From positions 434,001 through 498,000 of the forward strand of contig CDROCS010000001.1 in assembly GCA_977020255.1 (NCBI GenBank): 64,000 nucleotides of DNA. Reading direction: 5' to 3'. Under the pieces are notes generated by a model. It searched no databases. It saw only the letters and a program-made list of their open reading frames with translations, and was not told where the DNA came from. This DNA is from Obrimoposthia wandeli (taxonomy: Eukaryota). Position numbers and translations under genes: made by a program. How positions within the stretch are numbered: position 1 is the first letter of the stretch; each line of letters starts with the position of its first letter. Positions 1 through 14,086 of the stretch are shown here, one piece after another.

Positions 1-235
1 GGCCATTGGCCAATCACCTGATCTTACACCACCTGGTTTCTTCTTGTGAGAGTTCTCAAATGTGTTGTGTGTGCTTCTAATCCCCGATCTTTTGATGAAC
101 TGAAACAAATTATGGGACCAAATTTCAGAGGAAACTGGCAGGAAAGAAGAAGTGTTGCAGTGTTAGAAGATTTAGAGACTGCGTTGAGGCTAATGATCAT
201 TACTTCTGTGTATTGTTTAATGAAACTGTTAAATT
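1..235 (+). mobile_element. Tc1/mariner transposase C-terminal remnant
   Basis: Reads ..SPDLTPPGFFL*..LKCVVCASNPRSFDELKQI, a degenerate WPxxSPDLxPxD(FFLWG)LK motif. Confidence 0.7.
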
Positions 236-949
236 AAAATATAATGTATTTTTGAAACTTTGTTAAAAGACTTTAAGCGGTTCGGTTACTTTTTGGCAAA
301 CTGTTGGAATATTCGCTCGATAGATAATAAATCGAGTAATTTATAAAGAAACATTCGCTTTCAGGGTGAAATTTTAGTTGAAAGTCGAGTCATTTTTCAG
401 AGCATTTAGGAATAATCTATAAAACCAACCGCGTTGTAGCAGAAAACCCATTTTCTTCTTCTGATTTCTACCGTAAGCCTGGGAAAAATGGAAGCAGTAA
501 TAAGTGGAAAATATATTTGGGCACTTTCTCCTTGATTTATTCAATTATTCAGAGAAATATTAATAATCTTTTTGACAGATTTATTTCTATTTAATCAATT
601 ATTGATTCTTTTGATTAAGAAAAAATTTATATAAACATATAAGAACGAGCGAGTTTTGAATTGTTCATTTGCAAAAGTACAGATTGCCGAAAGAAATAAT
701 TACTATATAAATATAATGAATAAGTACCGTATTTCTACGCGATTAAACCCTTCTTAAATGTCAGTTTTCTCAATATAACACAGATGTTTCTTGGGGCCGC
801 GACGTTATTTGGGAATTTAGTAAAATCGGTAGTATCAATTCACAGACTACTCCACTCTTTAGTTTTTGTAAAACCTACATCTTCTTTTCAAATCGCTAGC
901 TCACGGTTTCCTTTTTTACTGTGTTAGAAAAAGGTAAAAGCTTTGACGA

Positions 950-1435
950 GAAATTGCATCTGAAATCCTAATGTTTGATGAGTTGTCCAGATTACTTAGT
1001 GAAGACGAGATAGAACTGACTGTTTTCGAAGAGCTGGTACTGAAATGACTTACAACGATACTTTTTGGAAGTAGAAACTGGATGCACATCAATAAGTGTA
1101 GGATTCATTTCATGCTAAATTGTTGGAGACTAAAGATCTGATTTTGAAATACCAAGACAACTTCATTGGTATTCAAAATCATTTTACACCGAAGACTCGT
1201 TTCCAGTAAGTTTGGATGAATTTTGGATGAGCACCTGTGGAAAATTTAAAAATCTTTCAAACAAAGCTGTAGAACTGTTGATGAAATTTGTGTGAGAGTG
1301 GATTTTCTCAATTCTTGTACATGAAAAATAAATCTAGAAATAATTTGCATGTGAAGTATGATCTGCACTTGAAACTTTCGAACCGAAAAACTGATATTGA
1401 CTACTTGTGTATACAAAAGCAAAATCATTATTTAC
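950..1435 (+). mobile_element. hAT (Charlie/Buster) transposase C-terminal dimerization-domain remnant
   Basis: KAVELLMKF/CESGFSQFLYMKNKSRNNLHVKYDLHLKLS..KQNH across a frameshift, matching the CESGFS..K.R..L....DLRL.LS motif. Confidence 0.7.
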
Positions 1436-1709
1436 AAAATTATTTAATAAACTAATAAAAATGTTGCGTAAATTTAAATATTTATTAGAAAAAAAGATTA
1501 TTAAAGTACTTTGAGTTTATGAAAATTTTTTGATTAATATTTATTTTAAATGGTTGTTAAATGGTTCTTTAATATTTTATTTAATAAAAACCCGTTAAAT
1601 TAATTTTTTTTTAACTTTAACAAAAACTAACAAATTAATTTGGCACAAATTAAAATTAAAAAATATTATTATTTTTGAAATTACAAGTATTTTTATTTTT
1701 CACCAGGAC

Positions 1710-2155
1710 CCCTTAACTTATACATAATCATAAGGGTATGGTTGAACTCAATTTTGATAGACAAATACAACCATGTAATAAAATTATTTAGTTTGTTCCA
1801 AATCTGATCCTTAACTTGTGGACGACCCTAAATTTTTTACATGATTAAACGCACAATATTTTGACAATCACAACCATGTACTTAAAACTTTGAAAATCCA
1901 ACTTTTTTTACCCTTTCATCTATGGTCATACCATATGGATGAATTTATGGATGAATTACCCTTCTAAAGATTCCAACCATGGACGACCACAACCCCTTTG
2001 GTATATTGGCCAACCATAGAGGGTCACGACGATACCTTCAACCCTCCATAACCTTTCTCCTCCAGACCCTTATGGTGTGGCAAGCCACTTTGTGAGATTG
2101 ATGGTGTGCGCACATGGGGAGGTCAAGTGTTCTAGACTCCATCCTTCCACCTACT
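1710..2155 (+). repeat. Solo Maverick/Polinton terminal (TIR) fragment
   Basis: Colinear similarity to the right TIR at 49.5-50.3 kb (aacttgtg.acgacc, caaccatgtactt, ggacgaccacaacccc, ggtgtgcgcaca). Ends in the same terminus, tctagactccatccttc.acctact. Confidence 0.85.
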
Positions 2156-2519
2156 ATAATTATTATAAAAATAGTGCTGGACGCCATAATGACGGAATAT
2201 TCAAGGTTATTGATTTGGAAAAAACTTGATGCTAGTGCAATGAAAGCTAAAATAAGTAAGATAACATGAAATAAATTAATTGACAGTACATCATATTATA
2301 AAACACTTTAAAAATATATAAGGAATAAGGCCAAGTGTGGTTTTCTTATGATTGAAATAGAAAGTCTACTATCATAAAATGAGAATTAAAATCAACAAAC
2401 CCAAAATTGATCGTGCACTGAAGTTTCACCGAGAAATAAATCTTTCACTTAATTATTATAAAGTAAAGTATAAAGAAACATTTGAAGAAAATAAATTTAC
2501 TGCAATACTGTAATATAAT

Positions 2520-2810
2520 TAATAGGAAACATGGACGAAGTTTGAACGAGTTTCGACATGCCAAGTAAGTTTACATTGGATCGAAAGGGTACTCAAAATT
2601 TCATGATTGTCAAGATAGCAAACTGTCGCAGAAATGTAGTTTCATATCGGTATTCTGTGTGATTGCTGATGGAGATTAATTACCATCTATGTCAATATTC
2701 AAATGAAAAACCATTCCTAGGGAGAAATTTCCAAAAGGAATTATAATTCTCATTAAAGTTATTGGAAAGGGATGGTTTAGTCATGAAAGTTTGAGTCAGA
2801 GGTTGGACAA
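2520..2810 (+). mobile_element. pogo/Tigger-type transposase remnant
   Basis: GNMDEV...FDMP, and DGD*LPSMSIFK*KTIPREKFPKGI, typical of DDE_1 pogo transposases. Confidence 0.7.
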
Positions 2811-5800
2811 AGTATAAATAAAACGTAAAGGGGCTATTTTAATTTTGAATCTGTATTCATTTATGATTCATGTCCAGTTCTTCTCGTAGAAAAAAAAGAA
2901 TAGTAAATCATCTTTCAACCTCTTGGTATAAATCGTTTTAAAAATAAAATTCGCAATGGGTCGAATAATGTGATGATTTGTGGATTTCATGAATATACAA
3001 GGTCCGGTAAAAAGAACGTATATATATATATATATCAGAATATGATATTTATTTTTAATTTTACTGTATACAAAAAGGCAGATATTATTTCTGGTATTAA
3101 AATATTCAGGGGTGACGGATGAAGACGTTGAAATGATGGTGAGTCTTCGATTGAGTTTGAACAAATGGATGTTAATTTTGTAGGTTTTGAAAAAAATATA
3201 TTTCTGATTAAATATTTTATTTGTGTGTTTAGTTAGGAGAGAATTCCCCTTTTTTCGTCTAGTAACGTGCACACTTCAACTAAACACTGGATTTTTTATT
3301 TTATTTTCAAATAAAATGATTTTTCACATTTCGACACAAGTACCCTATATTCCATACGTTATAGTTCCCGATTCTTACAGTGTTTCCGTTTTATTGACCA
3401 CAAAAATCGGATTAACCCTAATTTAATAAAAAATCATTTTTTACATAACAATAAAATAAAAATAAAATAAAAATAAGATCGATACCTGAGAGAAGAGAGT
3501 GTCACATGCAGTGGAAAATCCCAGATCAATAGTGACTCCAAACACGTTGATGACCTACATAATGGTTGAGCTTGTAAGTCACGTGAGTTTACAAATAATT
3601 GCAATAATATACACGTTACATAATTAATTTAATCAGCTACACTGGAGAACAAAGCTTATATTACATTAATTCTTTTTTGGTGTGGGGAATTCAAATTTAC
3701 AATTTCTTATTTTGCAAATCTACAGTTGATTTTTTATGAAATGTAAACGCCTCTTGGTCCTTTTAGAAACATTAAGGTCAACCAGTTGTAAAATGAGACT
3801 AAAACAACTGTATGATCAACATTTTTATTTATTTATCCACAAAATGCGTGTGGGCATCACAATATACATGGAAATTGAAAAATGAATTAGATAAACTTAT
3901 CAGTTTACTGAGTTCAGAGGGAATTGAGTTTGGCACTCCCTTTGTAACCAATATCGGAAAAGGTCACAGCATTCTAGAAGCAGAACTCCATAGTTATTTG
4001 GCTTTTTACTACCAATAAAGGTTGTATAATTGCATAACCCTGACAAAGTTCTCGTCAAGTAGCAGGTCATAGAACTTTAATAGAAATAAATTTTTATTGA
4101 ATTTGCTTAAATACGAAAATACCTGAGCAGGGATTTATCTGTAAATTTAACTAAAATACATTATCGCTGATAAATGTTTAATTCCTAAAAGATAATGTGA
4201 AATTGACGAAGTTTTTGCCATCTGTCAGGGAAAAAATACTTCCTTCTAATCTATTTAATGAATTGTCATATTAAGTGAGAAAAATCTCAGTGAATAAAAT
4301 AAAATATATCCTACGTCACTGAAACGTAGAGAAAACAAAAACACATTTTGACGAATCATTGTAATATTATGAGTGCTTATCAATTATTAAATAATTCATG
4401 GTTTCCAGTACCAAAACCCTAAGCTAACGCGTAAAAAACGAAATTTAAAAATCAAATGCGAATATACAATAGGAATAATTACGTTTAACGGGTTATGTGC
4501 AGAAAAATACGATTATGTATAGATTATAAATAAAATTGTATATAACTTTTAAACATTTGATTGTTTCCGAAATTTGTTTGTAACTTGCTTTAAAAAATCA
4601 TGCCTTCCAGATATGGTTTTAGCCTGTCTCCCCGTTGATAAGTTTGTAAAAAAACATATAAAAATTGATAATTTAGTTCTTTTAAATAGTTTCATAACTT
4701 TATTCTGAAAACTCTTTTGAAAACAATTTTAGCTGAACTCTAGACCTTATGTCACCCTTATCAAAATATCAGTTACGTTGTGAACTTTTTAAGCGAAAAT
4801 AAAAAATTATAAATTTGCTAATCATATATATTATTAGAATTTAAAATACTATAACAAAAATTGATTTATCCATCCAAAATTCTCTTTTAGTTTTCTTGAT
4901 TTTTCTTTTATTTATTATAACCATTAGAATGCCTTTAATAATTTATAGAAAAATATCTCAAAATCCCGATGAGATGTACGAGATGTGAATAACATTTTCG
5001 GGATAAGCAACACATTTAGACTAGAAAAATGCTATGACGTTAAAGGGACGAAATAAAAGTTATTATGTTATACACAGTGTTTCTTATTCAAACAAATCCA
5101 TTTATAGATTTCTATAATACGTTTTAATTTTTTCGAGAGCAAATTGATTATATAATTATTTACTGAGATAAGCGCTGTATCGCAACGTATTTGCAGGCTG
5201 TGTAGCGACCTCGCCGTGGTTGTAGAGATTGCAACAATTAAAATAATCTCTTCCAAATGCCCGCCTCCATCTATTATTTGTCGTGATGCGGTAACTATTT
5301 TTAGTAGCACAATTCCCCATGTGTCGTCTGGCCAGGTTTGATGTAATCAATAATCCAGACTATGCGTCTCCATATAATCACATCAGAAACTCCCCTATCG
5401 TTGTTCGAGGTGGGATGCGAGTTTGTTGACAGATTCCTATCGAATATTTACCCAACTCCGTCCTGGATTGTGGTGAGGTATCGCGATATGGACCGAGGAG
5501 GGGGAACGTGGCCCGAATTACGACTCACCGACTTCGAGTCAGCATTCGAAAGTTATATTCGGTTAAAATGAAGTTGACGAAAAAAATCGTTTGATTATAC
5601 CGAGTTTTGGTATATATAGAACGGAATTAAATCATGAGTTGAATTTTCTTTAAAAATATAGGGCTCTAATTTTAAATGCGTGCTAAACATTTGCAAAAAT
5701 TATTTTTCACATCATTTTGAAATTGAAATATTTTCAATAAAATAAATATAGTTAATTAATTAAACATTTTTCTAGCATTTCTTTGGTGTAAATTCAAACT

Positions 5801-8255
5801 TATTTTGAGCTCGCACGGAAAGCATTGAGTAGTACAATATTTTACCGGTATCTATCTATAAACAAAGTTTCATTCAATTCTGAGCATTCAAGTTGTAAAC
5901 CTTTCTGACCAGCGTTACTAGTGCTTTTTTAATATTAAATCAATTACAAGCGACTACAATGCCTAGCAAAAATAACTTATATCATCCCTTCAACGAAAGA
6001 TATGTCAGCTTAAAACAAAAATATATTTTAAAAATTGGGAGCTATCAATTTTGCCAGAAGCACAAATTTTAAACACAAAATACCGATTTAACGATCTACA
6101 GATGACAAGAAATTGAAGTGTGCCCTGAAATTACAAATATTTAAAAATAATAAAAAGTGCCTTTGCAGCTTGTTGTTGTTGTAACGTTTTGAATGATCCA
6201 TATTTCCGGTTTTTACGATGTAAAATATGTACGACAAAAAATCAGAAAAAAAATTCCCCAATCAGAATACAAAATTATTCCAAAAGAAATTCAGCTGGTT
6301 AACTTTTTCTTGTCTTAATTTTGAAATATAATTTCCCAAAAATTAGGATATTCATGCACCCTTGTCATTCGAATTGTTTGTGTTTCGATTATTTAATTAG
6401 AGCACAATGAATATATATGTGAACTACAGCATTACCCTAGAATCGAAATTAAACGGAATTTAAATGTTGAAATTCATCTTCTTTACCAATTTTTTGGCGA
6501 GGGAAAGTTTTCCTTTGACGCTGAAGAAAATGTAAAACATTACCTAATTGCGCAAAAATGGAAACTTATAAGACTAAATGACTAATAACACCACTAAAAA
6601 AAACGGAGCTTCAGTAAGAGAGCAAAATAATAATCGGGTTCTAAACAAAGTTTAATCAAAACTGTTAAGATTGACAAGCAACTCAGATTAGAACCATATG
6701 TTTTCTTTATATCTAGAAGCACATGAACTTATTCTAATTTGAACACTTGATAATGTTTAAGAAGTCGTATGATTTTTTGTGCAACATTTAATATCGAAAA
6801 TAATTTATGAAAACTATTTAAAAATCCCGCCCAATGGCTTTTGAATTTCACCTAGTGTTAAAATTATTCGGAAGGGATGAATATATACGATTATTTTTCT
6901 GTCAACGACTTCAAAAATCTCGATTATAAAGTATTCAGGCATTTCAAATATAGATTTTCTTTAAATAATTATGTAAATAATGCAAATTTTGTTTAAACAT
7001 ATACGTATTTTTTTAACCATAATTTATCGGATTTTCACTCATTTTTAATGTAAATACTAAAGCAGAACATTGATTATAAAGTACAAAAATCGACGTCTCA
7101 CCGTATTAGCGAGAGCCGCAGCATCAAATTCGGATTTTGACAGGTTTCCACAGATGATTATGGAGATAAGGGGGTTCGCGAACCGAAACATTGTCATTAA
7201 AACCTGAAAGATTGATTCGCATATGTAGATTAAATAATAATATTCTTGTTTGAATTAATATACGTTGTAAATGCTGTCCTATTGATTTGTTCCTCTTCTT
7301 AATGCTAGTTTTCGAGAAATGGAGTCTCGTGCGAATGTTTATAACTTAAATGCTTTTTTGAAATTTTCCTGAGCTATTTTAGTAAGTTTTATTTTAATCT
7401 TTAAGCAGTTGAACAAAACTATTTTAGCAATTCTTTAAGCGTTTCAAAAAAATCAAATGTCTATGATTGAAATTGATTATGTGACTTGGCTTTTTGGTAG
7501 ATTTTTTAGATCATTTACAAAAAAAATACACTGATTTCATTTGGAACAATTATAGATATGTATTTGAAATTTATTCATATCATCCCAGCCTGTCATATGA
7601 TTTATAATTCAGTTCATTGATCGATATCTGAATTATGAAGTTAAAACAATTTTTAAATGCAAATAAACTATATATTTTGTCTTGAAAGATAAACATCATA
7701 AAGGAGCTATGTAAATCATAAAATTATCAATATACTCATAAAATTAGTATGAATTATTTCTTGTAGTTGTCAGTTACAACTAACGTGGATAGAAATGGGT
7801 TAATGTTATTAGGGATGACTTTGATATTCGATTTAATTATTTCAAGATGGGAAAAAAGTGAAGTACTCATCGTTTCCGTTAAAAATAAATGTAGACCCAC
7901 GCTTTATTGCTGGTAAAATATCCGAAGTGTTAAATATGGAGATTTTAACATTGAAAGAACATTTCCTCCTAAGTACTCATGCTAGCAAAGAGGATTTCCT
8001 GAAACTTTGTTTTTCAAAATATACACCTGGACATAAAAAATGAAAATAAGTATATCCTTAATTGTTGATTTTAACCTTTAAATAGGTTGAAGTTCCTTTT
8101 ATCTATGATGATTAGGAGTTCTGGAGTTCCCAAAGTAGGTTCTGTGGAACCCTGAGGTTCTGTAGACACAACCAGGAGTTCCGCGAGCCGAAATTTTAAT
8201 AATTTTATTTTACACAATTAGCATTAACGTTACTTGCATCTGCCCACTATAACTA

Positions 8256-8388
8256 CCGTAAATTCGCATGTATAAGGCGCATCTCATAAAAAGCGGAATT
8301 TTCGATATGAAATACACGTATAAGGAGCAGGGGTGTATAAGGCGCAGCACCTAATTTATTTATAAAAAATGTACATGCGAATTTACGG
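8256..8388. mobile_element. pogo/Tc1-mariner-type MITE (133 bp)
   Basis: TIRs ccgtaaattcgcatgta / tacatgcgaatttacgg with a TA duplication on both sides. Confidence 0.85.
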
Positions 8389-10686
8389 TACTTAATAAAT
8401 ACTTCATTAGTTAACTTTAATTTTTTTATTCATTTTTCAATATAAATAAGTTTTATTTTTGTTCTTCACTTTATGCTTTTAAGTATTTTTAAATAGGTAT
8501 TTTTATTCGTTTAAATAATACCAAAGGGTTCTCAGCCAAAATCTCAATGTGTAAATTAAATTAAATAACGCCAATAAAGCAAGTGTCTATTTCGAAAGAA
8601 GACAAACCCAGACAACTTTTTATGAAATTTTACGGTGAAACTCATTAGCGTTTGACTCGGGGCAAAACCAAAATTGACAATACCAAGAGGGGTTTATCTA
8701 CTGTCTCTAATCAGCCATGTTTATAATTAGATCCTCTCTAAAATACTTGCTATCTTTCATCTGATCTTTTTCTTGCACAAAATCAATTCTTTGGTAGTTT
8801 TTATATGATTGCGCGTTAGTTAAGTGGTCCTAAGTCTATTTTAGTGATCAAATTTCATAAATATCTCCCAAATCATAAATCGATAATTATTTAAGCTTTT
8901 TACTATCTATAGTTGTCAATAGTCAGATTGGATTATTTTATTTTCGGAGATAAATTACAAACTAACCAGTGGCAGCGTTAATCTCAATAGAAGTTTCAGT
9001 TCCGTGAAATATGATATCTTGATTCTTCTACTCAAACTTTCTAAAATGAAAATATGTATTATGTAGGTTATTGAGAAAAAATGCAAGTTTTATTAAGAAT
9101 TAATTTTGAAATTGAAGCGGTAAATTGAACTTCGAATTTTAGTGAATTATTTAACGTTATTGATTAAAAATATTATTTTATAGTATACGACACTTGAAAT
9201 TCTACATTAAAATATCATAATTATTTTTCAACATTAAATAAAAACATATTTAAAGAAATTTTAATTTAAAAAATAGTAATAAGTAATAATCGTTAAATAA
9301 TTAGATTATGTTCACAAATTGTTACGATATTTTTAATTCAACATACTCTTAGCGGTAAATATTTTAGATTTTAAAAATTAATTATAAATTTTAGAAGTTT
9401 ATAGATTTATGTATTCAGCTATTTTCAGTGTAGTTTCTCTGTTTACTGAACGGTTTTAAAACCAAGTCAATACTTATTTGAACTATTTTAAAAATATAAA
9501 TCAAATTTTCAAACATTCTAGCCATTTCTTACCAATTTTAATCTTCATTGAACATGACCATCCATAAAGAACCTCTACATCAATTTACTACTCTATAACC
9601 ATCGTGTAACCTTCAGATGAAAGTCTAATGAAATATTTTAAGTTTCGAGTGAGTTTAAAAACAGATTTTTGTCAAAAGTTTTAATAATAGTTCTTTGTTC
9701 CTTGTCTGCATTTTGATTACTCATATTATCTCACTCCAATCTGCATTTATCTTGTGCAGCATCTAATAGTGACTTTTCATCTAATTATTTGTCCATTTTA
9801 AAAATTTTGAAGTTAATGAATCTTATTTATTTTGATAAGTTAAAAAAATAAATTAAATTTGATTCTAAATCTGTGGATACAAATTTATAGTCCAAGAATT
9901 TTGAGTTATAGTTTTAAGTAACTAAAATGTAAGTGTTAAATGAACCAACGTAATAGTTACATTTATTTTAGTAAATTCTATATGCGACTACCTATTTACA
10001 GTATTGAAATATATTATTTGTGAACCAGTTTTAATTTTCGAATCATGGATTTGACTACTGGAAGAGGCTTGTTCGATGGTATTTTGCCAATGATAACAAT
10101 GTCATCGGTCGGTATGTTGATCAACTTTTTCTTTGTTAAAACCACTACTAGAGCTCGATTACAAAATAAATTTTCCCTAAATTATGTATACAGATTTATT
10201 TATATACCACCCCATTAAATGTAATATTAAGTAATAAAGGTAACATTTTCGAGTTGCTAAGTTGTGTACAACTGATTGAATTTTTGTCACCACTCTAAGC
10301 AAAATCCATGCGAGTGGTCCATTATTTTGGTGACGGAACTGAATCCTTTCTAACCCAACTAAAAGGAAGAAAATAGTAGCCCAGTCCGCTTTGCCTCTTC
10401 GCTTAATAGTTAGAAATAATATAGTGACCTCTCGAATTCAAAATAAGGGCTCATCCATTTGCAAATTTAGAATTTTCATCGCATTATTAAGATATTGAAA
10501 TCTTTCTAAACATTAAGCTGAAATGCTTGGCTCAAGTTTGCAACAATGGAATCTATAAGAATCCAATACTAGCAGTTCATGTTTTATAACAGATTGTACA
10601 TATTAATTAATTGTTATAAATAAATATACTAAATAACGATTCTAAAGAAAACGTTAAATATGGAAGACAAATAGGATTTATGTTTA

Positions 10687-10990
10687 ATGAAAAATTCAAG
10701 GTTACGCATTCTAAAGCACCCAGAAACGCATGATGTCAAAAATCATCCTGGTAGGCCAAAAATATTTCCAAGGTGTGAAAGAAGCATAATCATCAAATCT
10801 ACTCAGAATTCCCAGAAAAAATATTGTGGATCCTTTAGTAAAACAGCGGTGTCATTATCTGAAGAGTTTCAAACGACCATACCTAATATGACTATTAAGA
10901 GGATATTTGGTGTATCAGAAGTTGTCAAATTGTTAAAACAAAAATATGACCAAATATAACTAAGTAAGATCAACATTTGCCAAAGAGCAT
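10687..10990 (+). mobile_element. Decayed Tc1-like transposase N-terminal (HTH) fragment
   Basis: PGRPKIFPRCERSII resembles the Tc1 GRPR motif. Further weak Tc1-like pieces occur near 12.2-12.4 kb. Confidence 0.4.
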
Positions 10991-13025
10991 TTCGAAACAC
11001 GTATCAATTTTGCTGAAGTCATGTATGTAAAGAAGTGTGTTAAATCACTGTTTATCTTAGAGAAAAGTGTTAACCCATATTTGCCCAAGTCGGAAATTTT
11101 AATCATAATTCAACCACAATGGTGACGAAATGTTCTTGGTAATAAGCTATTAAGGTAGTTAAACAAATGAAAACTAACAAAAATAAGAAACCACGTTATT
11201 TCTGACTATATTACATGATTAAAAAACAAAATACTTCAAATCTACGGCCTCTACACATTTTTAAATTTTTTGGTGTTAGTTTAAACTGACATTGTCAAAT
11301 ATAGGTTAAAGATGTAGAATATATCGAATAGAGAAAATTTCATAACGATGATAAATAGTTCATTAAATAATCTGATCTTTCAGCAGCATAACGTATCTGT
11401 CCGTACAGCTAAAGTTACTAAACAAGTCCTTAACAGAATTCAAAGAAATATATTTGAATGACCGGTGATTGGAAAGTTCATTGGACAAATTGTGTCATAA
11501 AGTCAACATAAATAATAAACAACGAGATAACAAGAATAATCAATGGAAAAAATCGTGAAGGAATGGAAGAAACTTCTTTATTCGATAATTCTAAATATAG
11601 CTGAAAGTCTTCCAAGAAATAAATAGTTTTAAAGAAATATCAATCACTACCATTTTAATAAATTAAAATTTTGGGCTAATTCTTTGACTTAATTTTTAAA
11701 TATAAAATATATCATAGCGGTCAAATATTTTTATTACATTGAAAATCAACTTTTAAAAATATTAACTGTTAATAGTTGATTGTGAGGGAATTTTGAACAT
11801 GGATATTTTTAATGGCGGTTTTTATATGGGTCAAAATGTTTTTTAGTTCGAGTTAATAAAACTGTGTGAAACTTATTTTTAATTCTGATGAAATTAAAAT
11901 GTTACTGTATTTGAGTTTTCTGAAATGATTAATTACGCTTTTGAAATTACATATTTTAAAATAGACAAACTTTTTTAAACTTTTCGATATGTCTAGAATA
12001 ACTATAGATCAAAGATTAACAAAAATACATGAAAATTGCTAGGATGCAGCAAAAAGAGATACTAGATCAAACAAGGGCTGTAAAGAGTATTCAAGGACGG
12101 AAAATTACATAAATGCTACGAATTGAGTTTTTTAATTACAAAAGACTGGCAAAAGGTTTATTTGGGAGAATTTGTAAAACAGTATTTTTTAAACAATGCA
12201 AAGCACAAAAAAATAATATAATTCTGCAGATCCATTCACATTGGAATGTAAATGAATGGAAAATTGTTGAGGTACGTGTTGAAATAACTTGAAAACGTCG
12301 AATTGATATTAGACGGGCTGACGGATAGAAATCAAATTTAAATCTGTAATAAAAGTTCAGTTTACATTAAAAAATCATTTTATAATTTGGTGTTTCATAA
12401 AAGGTGATTAAATTGGGGTATATTTCTTTATAAACCTCCACTTAACAGTGTTTCATTTTGCACAATTATTGATCATTATTTTATTACGATTCAGTGAGAC
12501 ACAGGGGGTTCAAATTTAATTGTAAAATAAGAATGAGTTTTGAAAATGTCTGACCTATTTTTAGATTGAGCTTTTTTTTTAATATTTTCTAAAGATACTT
12601 GACACCAAGTCAGTTAATTTTCCTATCTACAAGGCGTTTATAATTTATCATTTATGTTAGAGCATTAAATCGTGTTATTTTTAAGCGTTTTTTATAATTA
12701 TTGAGATCAGACATAACCTCGGGACCAATTTTTTAATAAACTTCTTATTCATCTCGAATAACTAATATATATTTAAGTATATGTTTGTAGGTTTTACTTT
12801 GTTTTACTGCTTTTGATAAACTATAATATTTAATTAAAGACTATTTTTATAATCGATATGATCAATATGTTTTAAGTGTAAAAATAATTCAAATCCTTAA
12901 AACTTCATTAATCAAAAAATAAAATTATTTCGATAAATAATTAATAAAAATTGAAACCAATATTTAAACTATATAAAATATAATTTAATTTGCTTAACAA
13001 TCTATTATAGAAAATTGAATATATA

Positions 13026-13930
13026 CAGGGTGATTAAAAACGTAAGAAACATTCATTTACTTTTTTTACAAAAACTTAGAATGTGAAATAAATTTTATTG
13101 TTTAAAAAATCTTACGTTTTAGGATATTTAACAGCATACATTTTAATACTGCTATTTCAAGAAAGAATTTTACTATATTAAACTATATAAAAATTTTACA
13201 CTCGAAAAATGAATAAAATATGCATCCAAGAAACAATAAAAACTATTTAATATTATTTAATGTACGGAATATTGCCGATAAATATCGTTAGGACATTTAA
13301 TAAAAGAAAAGGGACTCCAGAAAAAATTCATTCACAACATCAACAATGATCAAAATTGTGGAAAGGTTTCAGAAACTGAGAATTTAGTGATAAAATAATC
13401 AAGTGGTCATAAGAGGATCCCACAAGAGAATGCTGCAGTTAAATCAGTCGCAAGAAATGAAATCATCAGATTTTGATAAAAAAATTACAAATTGGCTGAA
13501 ATATAAAATTCTTGAAGACGTTTCTTTAATTGATCGAATTTTGTGAACAGATGAATTTGAGGAATGGATAAATTTGGAGATTTGAAAACACACGAATTTT
13601 TAATAGCTCCTCTTCACTCGGAAAAGTAACCGTGTGGTGTTGATTTATAAATGCTTAATTTTCTTAGAAGTGGCCAAAAATTCCAAGAGTCGAAAGAAGA
13701 ATATTAATATTTCTACAGAATGATGCCTCAGCTCCTATTAAAAATAACTGTACAATACTCGGCCGAAAAACATCGAAAGATTAAAGGTGCATATTCGAAG
13801 AGAAATACCCAATATTAATGGAGAAATCCTCAAATATACTGTACAATGAACCACATACTAGCCACATTCAACAGCAAAAAGAAAGGAAACCGCACAGTGT
13901 ACATTATCTTGTAGAAAGGGTGCATTTTTA
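13026..13930 (+). mobile_element. Decayed Tc1/mariner element (maT/rosa-like)
   Basis: Begins TA-CAGGGTG. Internal DRIL*TDE and PLHSEKVTVWC motifs. Confidence 0.6.
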
Positions 13931-13973
13931 GAAGTAATAATGGACAACATATATAACATGTGTTGTAATGATT

Positions 13974-14086
13974 TTTTTATGAAATGAAACTCTAGTACTT
14001 GCAGTTTCTTTTTATGAAATGAAACTCTAGTACTTGCAGTTTCTTTTTATGAAATGAAACTCTAGTACTTGCAGTTTCTTTTTATG
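13974..14086. repeat. 35-bp tandem repeat x3.2
   Basis: Three identical units tttttatgaaatgaaactctagtacttgcagtttc plus a partial unit. Confidence 0.95.

Noticed and set aside
13974-14086. CRISPR-like 35-bp repeats
   Set aside because: Units are head-to-tail with no spacers, in a eukaryotic context with no cas genes.
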